A stretch of 64,000 nucleotides of DNA, taken from IMG/VR virus record IMGVR_UViG_3300008262_003210; one strand, given 5' to 3'. Shown here piece after piece: positions 37,669 to 47,365 of the stretch. Origin of the DNA: a virus (taxonomy: Duplodnaviria > Caudoviricetes). Position numbers and translations under genes: made by a program. Each line of letters opens with the position of its first letter. Position 1 is the first letter of the stretch. The notes under the pieces are model-generated. The model saw only the letters and a list, made by a program, of their open reading frames with translations. It was not told the DNA's origin and ran no database searches.

Positions 37669-39143
37669 TATGGTCCCCTTTGCTCACTACGTCCTGGCGG
37701 CAAGATTTTTTCAAATGTATCTGTTTTTGTTGTATATTCTTGATATGCTTTGGGAGTAGCAATTGATTTTGTAGTTTCTCTATCAGTATTTTTAAAAGAT
37801 ACTGGATCTAAATTTTCATGATGTGGCCATGGCTCGTGCTGTGGAACACGCATCATTATTGATTCTAAGTCGTGAATACCTTCCTTGTTTGGAACTGTAC
37901 AAACTTCTATCTTTTTTGTTTTTTCAGCAACTTCAGAACTGTTCATATAAATTTTTCCAGCAGTTTCTAAATGAGTTGTTCCGCTATTGATATGTGATGT
38001 TGTTCCGCTTGTAATTTTAGTATCTTTACCAGCTAGTGTTTCAATTTCAGAATCAGCTTCTACATGAATATTATTTTTTGCTTTTACATTAAAATTTCTG
38101 CCTGCTTCTAAATTAATATCTCTATCTGCTTTAATGTTTAAATCTTTTTCAGTATGAATACTGATGCTGTCTTCTGCGTAGATATCAATTTTGCCGTTAC
38201 TAGTTAGTTCTATCCAAGTTGTACCTCGAGCATTGCCAATGTAAATTAAATCTTCACTGTTGTGCATTAAAATTTGATGACCGGTTCTAGTACGAATGCG
38301 AACTAATTCATTGTGTAAAACTTTTCTCAAGCCAGTAGTTTCAAGATTTTCTAAAGAAGAATATTCAGGCGGACCTTCGCTGGCTAATGTTTTTCTTATA
38401 AACTTATCGTCTCCGTCGTCCATGACAAAAGTTGTACCGCCAAGTCTGCTTACTGGGACTTGTTCTGCCTGTCTACCTACAACTCCTATTTTTTGTGTAG
38501 GACCATTTTTGTCTAACGGTCCTGGAGTGCTAATGCCAAATACGCTACTTGGTATTTCTCTTCTTGCACTGGATGTAGTGATTCCTCGTATGTCGTCTTT
38601 TAATAATCCTTGTTCTGTTAACACATCTGTAAATATATGTTTAGGTTTTAAAATTTTTGTAGTATCACTTTTTGTACCATCATTTACTTTTCTATTGTAC
38701 TCAGTTACAGGAACTCGGCCACTACCATCTACTGTAAATTTTGTAGCAGCTAATCCTGGAACTGAAAAATTCATACCTTCATCTGGTACACATCCTATCC
38801 AATAGGCGTATTTAGGATCGTCTTGTACAAAAATTACAATTACAGTTGTGCCTACGTCAGGCGGAACAAACCACATTCCGTAACTTTTTTGTGTGTTAGG
38901 ATAATCGTCTGACTGTGTAACACCGTCATACGGTGTTGACCCATAAAACGGACTCATAAACTTTGCTTGAAATGTTTGTCCTCTTGCAATAGTATTGCCG
39001 TATGATCTATGTAATCGTACTTCAAGAATTCCCATACTGGTTTTATCTTGATGTCCTACTACTTCAGCTAAAAATATACCTTCTTTAGGTCTATTGACAC
39101 CTGCTGGGATTGTATCAAAGTTATTTGGATTTTTTGTATACAT
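37668..39143 (-). CDS. gp5: baseplate central spike (gp5/VgrG-like), no lysozyme domain
   Basis: OB-fold motif YGMWFVPPDVGTTVIVIF...YWIG; C-terminal beta-helix repeats (IDIYAEDSISIHTEKDLNIKADRDINLEAG). Confidence 0.75.
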   Translation of the reverse strand: MYTKNPNNFDTIPAGVNRPKEGIFLAEVVGHQDKTSMGILEVRLHRSYGNTIARGQTFQAKFMSPFYGSTPYDGVTQSDDYPNTQKSYGMWFVPPDVGTTVIVIFVQDDPKYAYWIGCVPDEGMNFSVPGLAATKFTVDGSGRVPVTEYNRKVNDGTKSDTTKILKPKHIFTDVLTEQGLLKDDIRGITTSSARREIPSSVFGISTPGPLDKNGPTQKIGVVGRQAEQVPVSRLGGTTFVMDDGDDKFIRKTLASEGPPEYSSLENLETTGLRKVLHNELVRIRTRTGHQILMHNSEDLIYIGNARGTTWIELTSNGKIDIYAEDSISIHTEKDLNIKADRDINLEAGRNFNVKAKNNIHVEADSEIETLAGKDTKITSGTTSHINSGTTHLETAGKIYMNSSEVAEKTKKIEVCTVPNKEGIHDLESIMMRVPQHEPWPHHENLDPVSFKNTDRETTKSIATPKAYQEYTTKTDTFEKILPPGRSEQRGP

Positions 39144-41329
39144 TATGATGTGCCGCCTTGACCGCTATTTGGAGGATTGTTAGAATTAATAGTACTTTCT
39201 TTTTTAGCAATAGTTTTATATTCTTGGCCGCCTCTTCTAAATCCTTCAAGAACTTGTCTAAATTCACCGTTCCTAAAAAAGTTCTTTACAAGAGTGACAC
39301 AATAAGCACCTGTAAATCCAATTGCAGGTCCTGCCTTTGGATCCTTTGACATGTCCATGTGATTAGGTCCTGCAAAGTTATACAAGCCAGTGGTTTGATT
39401 AATATCAACAGGCGTTCTAAAATTTACAACAACATCAACTTGGCTTGTTTGCCAACTAACTGAGCCATCTTGATGTAAATCTTTAAATCCTGTCACAGGC
39501 TGTGCAACATAATTGCCCATGCCGCTAGTAGCAAACCAATAAGGATCACCCATTATTTCCATATCTAACATAACCATATCATAAGGATTAGTAATTGCTT
39601 CGTGAAAAGTTTTTGCTAGACGAGTAAAGGCAGTTTCTGCTGCATTTCCTCCAGGTTGATCCATTGAATTATTTGTAGCATCTTCTCTAGACTGTTGTCG
39701 TTGAGCTGATTTATCGTCGCCCGATGGTGCGGCACCGTCAGGTTTGAATGCTACCACTGCTTTTGGTGCAGAGCCTTGTTGATTGGCTTGCGGAGTTGTA
39801 TCGCCTGTAGTTTCAGACTTGGCTCTAGTAACGCCAATAGAATTTAAAAAAGAATCGCTAGCATAATTGTTTGAAAATCCTACGTTGTAATCAATATTAA
39901 ATTTTATAATTTCAGTATTTTTTCCTGTAAAAATATAATCGTAGCGTTTAATTGCTCTTGCTTTAAGTAAATCTATACCATCTACGTTAGTACCTGAACC
40001 TGCGGCTTTGCTAAGATGTACCTTGAACGGTACTACTCTATAAACAGCAATCTTTGGCATCTTACCGGTATCGGCATAATTTTCTTTTGTTTCTATATAA
40101 TATATTTGTGTATCTATGCGCCACCATGTTACTAGTCCGTTTTCAGCTTGCGCCAATGCCTTTTTTGGGTAATCGCTTGCTATAATGATTTGATTAATGA
40201 CTGAAGGAATATCCATTTGCTGATTAAATTTAAATGTTCCTTCGCTCCAGTTAGGTATTAATTTTCCCCTAAGCCATATTTTTAATTGCGGATCCCACGT
40301 GTCTATTGCATCTGCTGGGGATTGATCCGATTTTCGTTCAGGATTGAATCCTAAGCTACTGGTCCCAATGTCATTAACATCTCCAGCGGCTTGTGTCAAG
40401 GTATCAACTGTTACACCTAATTTTTTTAAAATTTCTGCTGAAGGGCCAGCTTGAGGATTGATTACAACAGTATTTGTTGATTCGTCTGCCCTATTAACTT
40501 GTGCAAACGCCTTACTGTCAGCTATGTCTTTTGGAAAAACGATAACAATCTGGTCTGCAATTTTTTTAGTGCCGGTGTCAACTGCTTCGTACAATTTTGC
40601 ATTAACAACATTTTGAAGACTTTCTGCTCCAATTTGCAAAACTTCTTGGACTGTTTTTCCTTTAATACTTAGATCGGTTCTTAATGATGCAAATTCGTTT
40701 GTCAGAGCAAGGCCGTTAGTTGCATAAGCATTAATCATATACCGTGTTCCTTGCTCTGACGAACTCATCTGAATTGTTGCAAAACGAACAGGAATAAATC
40801 GTGTAGAAAAAGGAACTTTTTTCATTAATCCCTTTTCAGTGTTTCCTCTAAATTCAACACTTAAAAGAAAGGGTGCATCTCGCCAGTTTTCATACCCAGC
40901 TTTGTTAGCAGCTGCTTGTAGAGAATTAATGAATAATCCTATGCTGTAAGGCTCGTACACGTCAAATTGAATTGTTGCAACAGATGTTGTTTTGGGACTT
41001 GTATGACCTAGATAAGTTTCAAATGTTAAATTGTTAATAAAAAAATCTTGTTTTCCAAAATTTGGAGTTTGAATTCTATTAATAGGGTCCGCAAATGCAG
41101 ATTTACAAATTATTGGAAGAACTCTACCTTGTAGATAGGATTGATCTGGAAAATTAAGTTCAGTAACTGTTAGTGGATGTAACGCTATTACATACGTATA
41201 ACTAGCATAGTTTGATAAAATATTAGGAGCCGGAACACTTATACCTGCAGGGATTGATCCAAAACTATTACCTAAAGAACCAGCTGTTTGAACAAGATTA
41301 GTTGTGGCACCTATTACATCAATTCCCAT
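39143..41329 (-). CDS. putative baseplate hub (gp27-like)
   Basis: Sits between gp53 and gp5; size and beta-rich character fit; C-terminal LDMEIMGDPYW...GAYCVTLVKNFFRNGEFRQVL. Confidence 0.5.
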   Translation of the reverse strand: MGIDVIGATTNLVQTAGSLGNSFGSIPAGISVPAPNILSNYASYTYVIALHPLTVTELNFPDQSYLQGRVLPIICKSAFADPINRIQTPNFGKQDFFINNLTFETYLGHTSPKTTSVATIQFDVYEPYSIGLFINSLQAAANKAGYENWRDAPFLLSVEFRGNTEKGLMKKVPFSTRFIPVRFATIQMSSSEQGTRYMINAYATNGLALTNEFASLRTDLSIKGKTVQEVLQIGAESLQNVVNAKLYEAVDTGTKKIADQIVIVFPKDIADSKAFAQVNRADESTNTVVINPQAGPSAEILKKLGVTVDTLTQAAGDVNDIGTSSLGFNPERKSDQSPADAIDTWDPQLKIWLRGKLIPNWSEGTFKFNQQMDIPSVINQIIIASDYPKKALAQAENGLVTWWRIDTQIYYIETKENYADTGKMPKIAVYRVVPFKVHLSKAAGSGTNVDGIDLLKARAIKRYDYIFTGKNTEIIKFNIDYNVGFSNNYASDSFLNSIGVTRAKSETTGDTTPQANQQGSAPKAVVAFKPDGAAPSGDDKSAQRQQSREDATNNSMDQPGGNAAETAFTRLAKTFHEAITNPYDMVMLDMEIMGDPYWFATSGMGNYVAQPVTGFKDLHQDGSVSWQTSQVDVVVNFRTPVDINQTTGLYNFAGPNHMDMSKDPKAGPAIGFTGAYCVTLVKNFFRNGEFRQVLEGFRRGGQEYKTIAKKESTINSNNPPNSGQGGTS

Positions 41330-41330
41330 A

Positions 41331-41630
41331 TTATACTCCTAAAACTGTTCGGAGACCGCTTGACTTAGGAATATAAATTTTCTTGCCAGGAATAAAATCA
41401 AATATAGGATCTTCTAAGACATCCATATTACGTTGTACAAACACCCACCAAAGTTGTGCATCTCCATAAAGGTCAAATGCCAACAAGTCTGGTCTATACA
41501 TATATTGACTTTCTATTGTGTAAAGGAAATCGTCTGGTTCTGCGCTAACTGGCCTGACCTTTAAGACGTCAAGATAGTTTTGTTTGATTTCAGTGGTGTT
41601 CCAAGGACTTAAAATACTATACTGAGCCAT
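41331..41630 (-). CDS. gp53: baseplate wedge protein, LysM-like
   Basis: YTIESQYMYRPDLLAFDLYGDAQLWWVF. Confidence 0.8.
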   Translation of the reverse strand: MAQYSILSPWNTTEIKQNYLDVLKVRPVSAEPDDFLYTIESQYMYRPDLLAFDLYGDAQLWWVFVQRNMDVLEDPIFDFIPGKKIYIPKSSGLRTVLGV

Positions 41631-41632
41631 GA

Positions 41633-42634
41633 TTAAACGTACCCGAATGAACTATTTAAATAGGAACCTGTGACAAACCTGTCAAGGCTGAACTTGCGAA
41701 TACTTGTTCTGCTGTACATTGGTATCAATGAAACTGTAAATTCACTTTTTGTTGGCACATAAGCCTTGCCGCCACTAGTAGTTCCACCAATTCCAAATGA
41801 ACCAAGTAAGCCAGCGACTTGGCCAACACCGCCAGCAATGGCACTAAAGTTGCTAGCCGCGGATGCAATACCAGGAATAGCTCCACCTAATGAATCTGCT
41901 AGGCCGCCTACTGCATCTGCTGTTCCTGCAAAATTTCCTGCGGCACTACCAACAACATTACATGGTATATAATCTACATCATTAGGCAGTGAAAGACTAA
42001 AATTTTGTATAGCTACTGGTACATTTTTAAAAACATAATTTCCGTAACCATTTAGAAAAACAATCGGGGGCGGGTTTCCCGCTTTTGGATCAAAACCTGT
42101 AAACATTTTTGACACAGAACGTAAATAATGAAGAGCTGCAATCCAATATAGTGCTTGTCCGGCGTCTTCTACTGCCATCGTTGCTGTAATTTCAATAGTG
42201 CCTGGGTCACTACTCTTGTAAGCATTTACTGGATAGTTTGAATGTACTATTGGCTCTGCGGAATATTTTGCGTTACCTTTAATTTGAATTTTAGGAGTAA
42301 ACGGAAACACTAGCCCACCTGCATCTTTAAGTGGTTTTAACACTGGACTAGATCTAAAACTAGTCCAATTTGGGAGACTTAACCTGACACGCCAATCGTT
42401 CGCAAACGGATCACCTTGGAACGCGGTAATTGCACTAACTAAATCGCCAATTGCTTCACCGCCTGCTGGCAAGTTTATAGCTCGCAGGGCACCGCCAACT
42501 CCGGATGCGCTATCTAAACTGGATAACGCAGAACTAATAGCAGATACAGTATTAACTGCCTGTGCCGCGGCACCGAATACTGCTGCGCCAGCAGTAACCT
42601 TATTCACAAAACTATTACCAGATGTAAAAGCCAT
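41633..42634 (-). CDS. tail tube initiator / baseplate-tube junction (gp48/gp54-like)
   Basis: GLVFPFTP, PPPIVFLNGYGNYVFKNVPVAIQNFSLSLP tube-like motif; first gene of the baseplate operon. Confidence 0.6.
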   Translation of the reverse strand: MAFTSGNSFVNKVTAGAAVFGAAAQAVNTVSAISSALSSLDSASGVGGALRAINLPAGGEAIGDLVSAITAFQGDPFANDWRVRLSLPNWTSFRSSPVLKPLKDAGGLVFPFTPKIQIKGNAKYSAEPIVHSNYPVNAYKSSDPGTIEITATMAVEDAGQALYWIAALHYLRSVSKMFTGFDPKAGNPPPIVFLNGYGNYVFKNVPVAIQNFSLSLPNDVDYIPCNVVGSAAGNFAGTADAVGGLADSLGGAIPGIASAASNFSAIAGGVGQVAGLLGSFGIGGTTSGGKAYVPTKSEFTVSLIPMYSRTSIRKFSLDRFVTGSYLNSSFGYV

Positions 42635-42657
42635 ATATATTTTCCCTTTTGGTAATA

Positions 42658-42664
42658 TATTTAT
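42658..42664 (-). promoter_or_regulatory. late promoter core of the baseplate operon
   Basis: ATAAATA on the minus strand, 23 nt upstream of 42634. Confidence 0.6.
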
Positions 42665-42693
42665 TTGACTTTATAATATACGTAGTTTATAAT
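42665..42693 (+). promoter_or_regulatory. sigma70-type promoter for gp55-gp47-gp46
   Basis: TTGACT (42665-42670), 17-nt spacer, TATAAT (42688-42693). Confidence 0.85.
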
Positions 42694-42715
42694 TAACAAT
42701 CCGGAGACATGTCTA

Positions 42716-43558
42716 ATGACAACAATAGCACCAAAGATTAATTACTTAAACAATAAAGATTTACTATTAGAAATACACAAATCAAAAAGTACATTCTGTA
42801 GTTTTATTAAACCAGAATACCATCAATATGATATAATTTTACCTAGTGTAGAAAAAGTAAACATACGTACTATAGCAGAAGCTAAAAGAAACAAAGCAAA
42901 GCGGCTAGGAGACGAAGATTATGCTAGAAGAAAAGCTTCTGGCGAAAAAGTAAAACTAGCAGACTGTGCTGTAGACTATAAAAAAATTGCAAAAGCTGAT
43001 TTGATTTTTAGAATCATGACCTTTGAGCACATACCTACTAACGGTATTCGTAAAAAGAATCCAAAAAGCACAGCAGACAAACACGACAAAGTAAACTTTC
43101 CGCCGTTTCAACATTTCAAGTTTGACGAAAATGACGAGCTTGTATGTGTTGGCAAAAGCCATTGGCGAGGCAGTTTAAAGACAGGAAAGTTTGATAAAGA
43201 TGCTGGACAAATTACTAATAATCTTGCTCGTATGATGATTAAATTATGCGAACGATACGCTACACGAGGTAACGTCCGAGGCTATACCTACAATGATGAA
43301 ATGAAAGGCCAAGCAATTCTTCAACTAACTCAGATAGGACTACAATTCGATGAAAGTAAATCAGACAATCCTTTTGCTTACTTTACTGCTGCTGTTACTA
43401 ATTCATTCGTTAGAGTTATCAACATTGAAAAGCGTAATCAAAACATTAGAGACGATATTTTAGAAATGAACGGTATGAATCCAAGTTATACAAGAACCGG
43501 AGCGGGTGAACACGAAGCTGCATTACGCAGACATACAGAAGGAACAACCGATGAGTAA
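42716..43558 (+). CDS. gp55: late-transcription sigma factor
   Basis: NYLNNKDLL N-terminus; RGYTYNDEM...QFDESKSDNPFAYFT...NSFVRVINIEKR; precedes gp47/gp46 as in T4. Confidence 0.85.
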   Translation: MTTIAPKINYLNNKDLLLEIHKSKSTFCSFIKPEYHQYDIILPSVEKVNIRTIAEAKRNKAKRLGDEDYARRKASGEKVKLADCAVDYKKIAKADLIFRIMTFEHIPTNGIRKKNPKSTADKHDKVNFPPFQHFKFDENDELVCVGKSHWRGSLKTGKFDKDAGQITNNLARMMIKLCERYATRGNVRGYTYNDEMKGQAILQLTQIGLQFDESKSDNPFAYFTAAVTNSFVRVINIEKRNQNIRDDILEMNGMNPSYTRTGAGEHEAALRRHTEGTTDE

Positions 43559-44564
43559 TCTTTTTAAGAAGGTAGCATGTTTTACTGACATACACTTTGG
43601 ATTAAAGTCTAACAGCCAAGTACACAATCAAGACTGTGAAGATTTTGTAGACTGGTACATTGCTAAAGCAAAGGAGGAAGGCTGTGACATTGGAATCTTT
43701 ATGGGCGATTGGCACCATAACAGGAATAGTCTTAATATCACTACCATGGATTATAGTATCAGAGCACTGGAAAAATTGGGCCGTGCTTTTGATCAGTTTT
43801 ACTTTTTTCCTGGTAATCATGATCTTTACTATAAGGACAAGCGCGACATACATTCAGTTGAATTTGGAAAGTACATTCCCGGTATTACCATTGTACACCA
43901 CCCGATGACCGAAGGCAATGTTACATTATGTCCGTGGCTTGTTGGAGAAGAATGGAAGGCGATAGGTAAAAAGAAAGCCAAGTATATCTTTGGACACTTT
44001 GAGCTTCCACATTTTTATATGAATGCCATGGTACAAATGCCAGATCACGGTGAAATACAGTTAGATGCATTTGACGGATATGAGTTGGGCTTTAGCGGAC
44101 ACTTCCACAAACGCCAAAGCAAAGGAAATATGCATTATATTGGCAATGCCTTTCCCCACAACTATGCAGATGCATGGGACGATGAGCGTGGAATGATGAT
44201 TTTAGAATGGGGCGGGCAACCAGAATATCATACTTGGGACAGGCAACCTACATTCCGTACAGTAAAATTAAGTCAATTGATCGATGAAGCAGATACATTG
44301 ATTAAACCCAAACAACATTTACGTGTTACATTAGATATTGATATTAGTTATGAAGAAGCCAGTTTTATTAAAGAAAACTTTATGGCCAATTATGACATCC
44401 GTGAACTTACTTTGATTACGGAGAAGAAGCAAGTTGAGATTAATACAGACATTGATATTCAAGCATTTGAATCAGTTGATCAAATAGTGTCCAGTCAGCT
44501 TGTGAATATTGAAAGTGACACGTATAATAAGAATACGCTACTAGCGATTTATAACAGCCTATGA
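43551..44564 (+). CDS. gp47: recombination endonuclease subunit (Mre11/SbcD-like)
   Basis: FTDIHFG, GDWHH, PGNHD, FGHFE, SGHFH metallophosphoesterase motifs; ATG at 43551 with GAAGGA RBS. Confidence 0.93.
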   Translation: MSNLFKKVACFTDIHFGLKSNSQVHNQDCEDFVDWYIAKAKEEGCDIGIFMGDWHHNRNSLNITTMDYSIRALEKLGRAFDQFYFFPGNHDLYYKDKRDIHSVEFGKYIPGITIVHHPMTEGNVTLCPWLVGEEWKAIGKKKAKYIFGHFELPHFYMNAMVQMPDHGEIQLDAFDGYELGFSGHFHKRQSKGNMHYIGNAFPHNYADAWDDERGMMILEWGGQPEYHTWDRQPTFRTVKLSQLIDEADTLIKPKQHLRVTLDIDISYEEASFIKENFMANYDIRELTLITEKKQVEINTDIDIQAFESVDQIVSSQLVNIESDTYNKNTLLAIYNSL

Positions 44565-46339
44565 TAAAAATTAAAGAACTTACAGTCAAAAACTTTATGA
44601 GCGTGGGTAATCAAACCCAAGCTGTAGATTTTGGCAAGCAACAATTGACGCTCGTACTAGGTGAAAACTTAGATATGGGCGGAGATGATAGTGGAAGTCG
44701 CAACGGCACAGGTAAAACTACTATTGTTAATGCATTAAGTTATGCATTGTTTGGTACTGCTCTAACCAATATTAAGAAAGATAACTTAATTAATAAGATC
44801 AACAACAAGAACATGCTGGTTACATTGGCGTTTAACAAAGACGGAACGGACTATCGTATCGAGCGTGGACGCAAACCTAACATCCTACAGTTCTACGTTA
44901 ACGATGTTGAACAAGAAACAGAAGAAACTGATGATGCTCAGGGCGATATGCGTGAGACACAGAAAGATTTAGATGAGTTGTTGGGTATGAGTCACGATAT
45001 GTTCAAACATATCCTAGCACTTAATACCTATACAGAACCGTTTCTCAGTATGCGAGCTAACGATCAACGGGCAATCATCGAACAATTATTAGGTATAACT
45101 ATCCTAAGTGAAAAATCTGAAACCCTTAAAGAATTAATCCGCACTACTAAAGACGATATAGTTCAAGAAAATGCTAGGATTGAAGCAACTAAAAAATCAA
45201 ACGAAGGCATTCAGAAGAGCATTGACAGTTTACTTACTAAACAAACTGTTTGGAATAGTCAAAGAGACGCAGATGTTGAAAAGATAGGACGGGCTATCAT
45301 AGAACTTGAGAGCGTAGATATCGAAGCTGAGCTTGCGAAGCACGGCGAGCTCAAAGTTTTTGAAGAAAAGACAGCGAAGCTGCGCTCGCTGAATAAAGAA
45401 CGTGCTACGTTAGAAAGCGCGATAGCGCAAGCAGAGCGAAGCGTCACAAAGTACGACAGCGAGCTTGCCAAATTGGCTAACAAGACCTGTCACGCATGTG
45501 AACAACAGCTGCATGACCACAAACATGAAGAGTTGTCCACTCAAGCCCGGGATAATTTAACTGAAGCGCAAAAGTATTTTACCAAAGTACAAGCAGACTT
45601 GAAAAAAATACAAACAGAAATTGTTGCTATAGGCGAAGTAAGTACCCGACCCAACACCTATTATGACACAGTTGAAGAAGCACTTAAACATCAAAACAAT
45701 CTCAAGACTCTGGAAACTCAGCTGACTGTACGTGCGGGCGAACAGGATCCCTATCAAGAACAAATTGAAGAACTGTTAAACACCGCAATGGTAGAAATAA
45801 CTTGGGACCATGTCAACGACCTCAACAGTTTAAAGGATCATCAAGAGTTTTTACTCAAGTTGCTGACCAGCAAGGACAGCTTTATACGTAAAAAGATTAT
45901 AGATCAAAACCTAGCGTATTTAAACAACAGACTAACTTATTATCTAGACAAGATGGGATTGCCGCACACAGTGACATTCCAAAATGACTTGAATGTTGAA
46001 ATTACTCAGCTAGGGCAAGACTTGGATTTTGATAATCTCAGTCGAGGTGAACGTAATAGGCTTATACTGGGCTTATCGTGGGCGTTCCGTGATGTGTGGG
46101 AAAGTCTATATCAAAACATCAACTTGTTGTTTGTCGACGAATTAGTTGACAACGGCTTGGATGCGTCGGGAGTTGAAAGTGCTCTAGCAGTACTGAAGAA
46201 AATGGGCCGTGAACGCAATAAAAACATATTCTTAATCAGTCACAAGGACGAATTGATTGGGCGTGTCAACAATGTGCTTAAGGTTGTTAAGGAAAATGGC
46301 TTTACCAGCTATGCCAACGACTTGGAGATAGCGGACTGA
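44561..46339 (+). CDS. gp46: recombination ATPase subunit (Rad50/SbcC-like)
   Basis: Walker A NGTGKT, zinc hook CHAC, signature LSRGE, Walker B LLFVDE, H-loop ISHK. Confidence 0.95.
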   Translation: MIKIKELTVKNFMSVGNQTQAVDFGKQQLTLVLGENLDMGGDDSGSRNGTGKTTIVNALSYALFGTALTNIKKDNLINKINNKNMLVTLAFNKDGTDYRIERGRKPNILQFYVNDVEQETEETDDAQGDMRETQKDLDELLGMSHDMFKHILALNTYTEPFLSMRANDQRAIIEQLLGITILSEKSETLKELIRTTKDDIVQENARIEATKKSNEGIQKSIDSLLTKQTVWNSQRDADVEKIGRAIIELESVDIEAELAKHGELKVFEEKTAKLRSLNKERATLESAIAQAERSVTKYDSELAKLANKTCHACEQQLHDHKHEELSTQARDNLTEAQKYFTKVQADLKKIQTEIVAIGEVSTRPNTYYDTVEEALKHQNNLKTLETQLTVRAGEQDPYQEQIEELLNTAMVEITWDHVNDLNSLKDHQEFLLKLLTSKDSFIRKKIIDQNLAYLNNRLTYYLDKMGLPHTVTFQNDLNVEITQLGQDLDFDNLSRGERNRLILGLSWAFRDVWESLYQNINLLFVDELVDNGLDASGVESALAVLKKMGRERNKNIFLISHKDELIGRVNNVLKVVKENGFTSYANDLEIAD

Positions 46340-46608
46340 TGAGCAAGAAAGTCGATCCAGTAGACTATCAAGATGAGGAACTACACGCAGAACTGCTGCG
46401 CTTGTTTCGACTTTACTTTGAAGCCAATCAAAAATGGATCAACCGGGCCACTAAACAAAGTTCAATTGAACTGCGGCAGGTGCTAAGTGAAATACGCAAG
46501 GTCTGTATTCAGCGTAGAGAAGTAGTTCGTGCATGGGCAGTGACCAAAGAAGCGCAGTTGGCTGAAAGAAAAATTCTTAGAAATGAAAAAACCAGCAAAC
46601 AAATTTGA
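46339..46608 (+). CDS. small basic helical protein, possibly Hc1 histone-like family
   Basis: 89 aa; RATKQSSIELRQVLSEIRKVCIQRRE loosely recalls the Hc1 family KGNKAA..RARK..LEI.K...ERR pattern. Confidence 0.4.
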   Translation: MSKKVDPVDYQDEELHAELLRLFRLYFEANQKWINRATKQSSIELRQVLSEIRKVCIQRREVVRAWAVTKEAQLAERKILRNEKTSKQI

Positions 46609-47341
46609 TTGTATCTACGTCAATGGCTGTAGCTGGGCCTACGGCAGTGAGCTGACTGATCCAGGCAGTCCAAGAATTACCAATCACTTTGATCCAGTGC
46701 ATGAACGGTACCGCGAACAAAACAACTGGCCCACGAGACTGGCCACAGCATTTGGTGTGCCTGTACACAACAACAGCATGCCTGGCGGCAGCAATGATAG
46801 GATTTTAAGAACTGGCATGCTGGATATTATTCAGTTGATCAAGCAGGGTGCTAGGCCCTTTGTGGTCATAGCATGGAGTCAGTTGCATAGATTTGAACTG
46901 CCCGACAACAACAACAACTATGGTTGGAGGCCTTTTGTCAGTCCCAAGGATCCAAACAATCTTGAAATTGCTAGGAAAATTTGGGCCGAACACAGTTCAG
47001 ATAGATCAGATATTGAACGATGGCTGGTGCAAATCATCAGCTTGGATGGGTTTTTAAAGTCACATGACCTAAACTATGTGTCTACCACAGTATTCAACAG
47101 TACATATCCTATCTTTGAACGGGTCACTGAAGAAAAATACTTTGATCCCTATCTACACTATTTAAAAACGCAGATGAATCTTGACCATCATCTGTTGCAC
47201 TACAGTTTAGAAACATACTTAAGGCAACAAGCAGGCATAGACTACGGCCCCGGAGGACATCCTTTGGTTTCCGGGCACGAGTTGATCAGTAATCACTTGA
47301 GAAGGCACATGTTAAACACATTTCAATTTCAAAGGCAGTAG
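46583..47341 (+). CDS. SGNH/GDSL-like hydrolase
   Basis: Block I YVNGCSWAYG, block II MPGGSNDRI, block V DYGPGGHP. Confidence 0.6.
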   Translation: MKKPANKFDCIYVNGCSWAYGSELTDPGSPRITNHFDPVHERYREQNNWPTRLATAFGVPVHNNSMPGGSNDRILRTGMLDIIQLIKQGARPFVVIAWSQLHRFELPDNNNNYGWRPFVSPKDPNNLEIARKIWAEHSSDRSDIERWLVQIISLDGFLKSHDLNYVSTTVFNSTYPIFERVTEEKYFDPYLHYLKTQMNLDHHLLHYSLETYLRQQAGIDYGPGGHPLVSGHELISNHLRRHMLNTFQFQRQ

Positions 47342-47365
47342 AGCAGGTGAACCAATATATAGTTG

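Noticed and set aside
43506-43550. ORF-track upstream start for gp47
   Set aside because: ATG at 43551 has the RBS and a typical overlap with the gp55 stop; the extension is unsupported.
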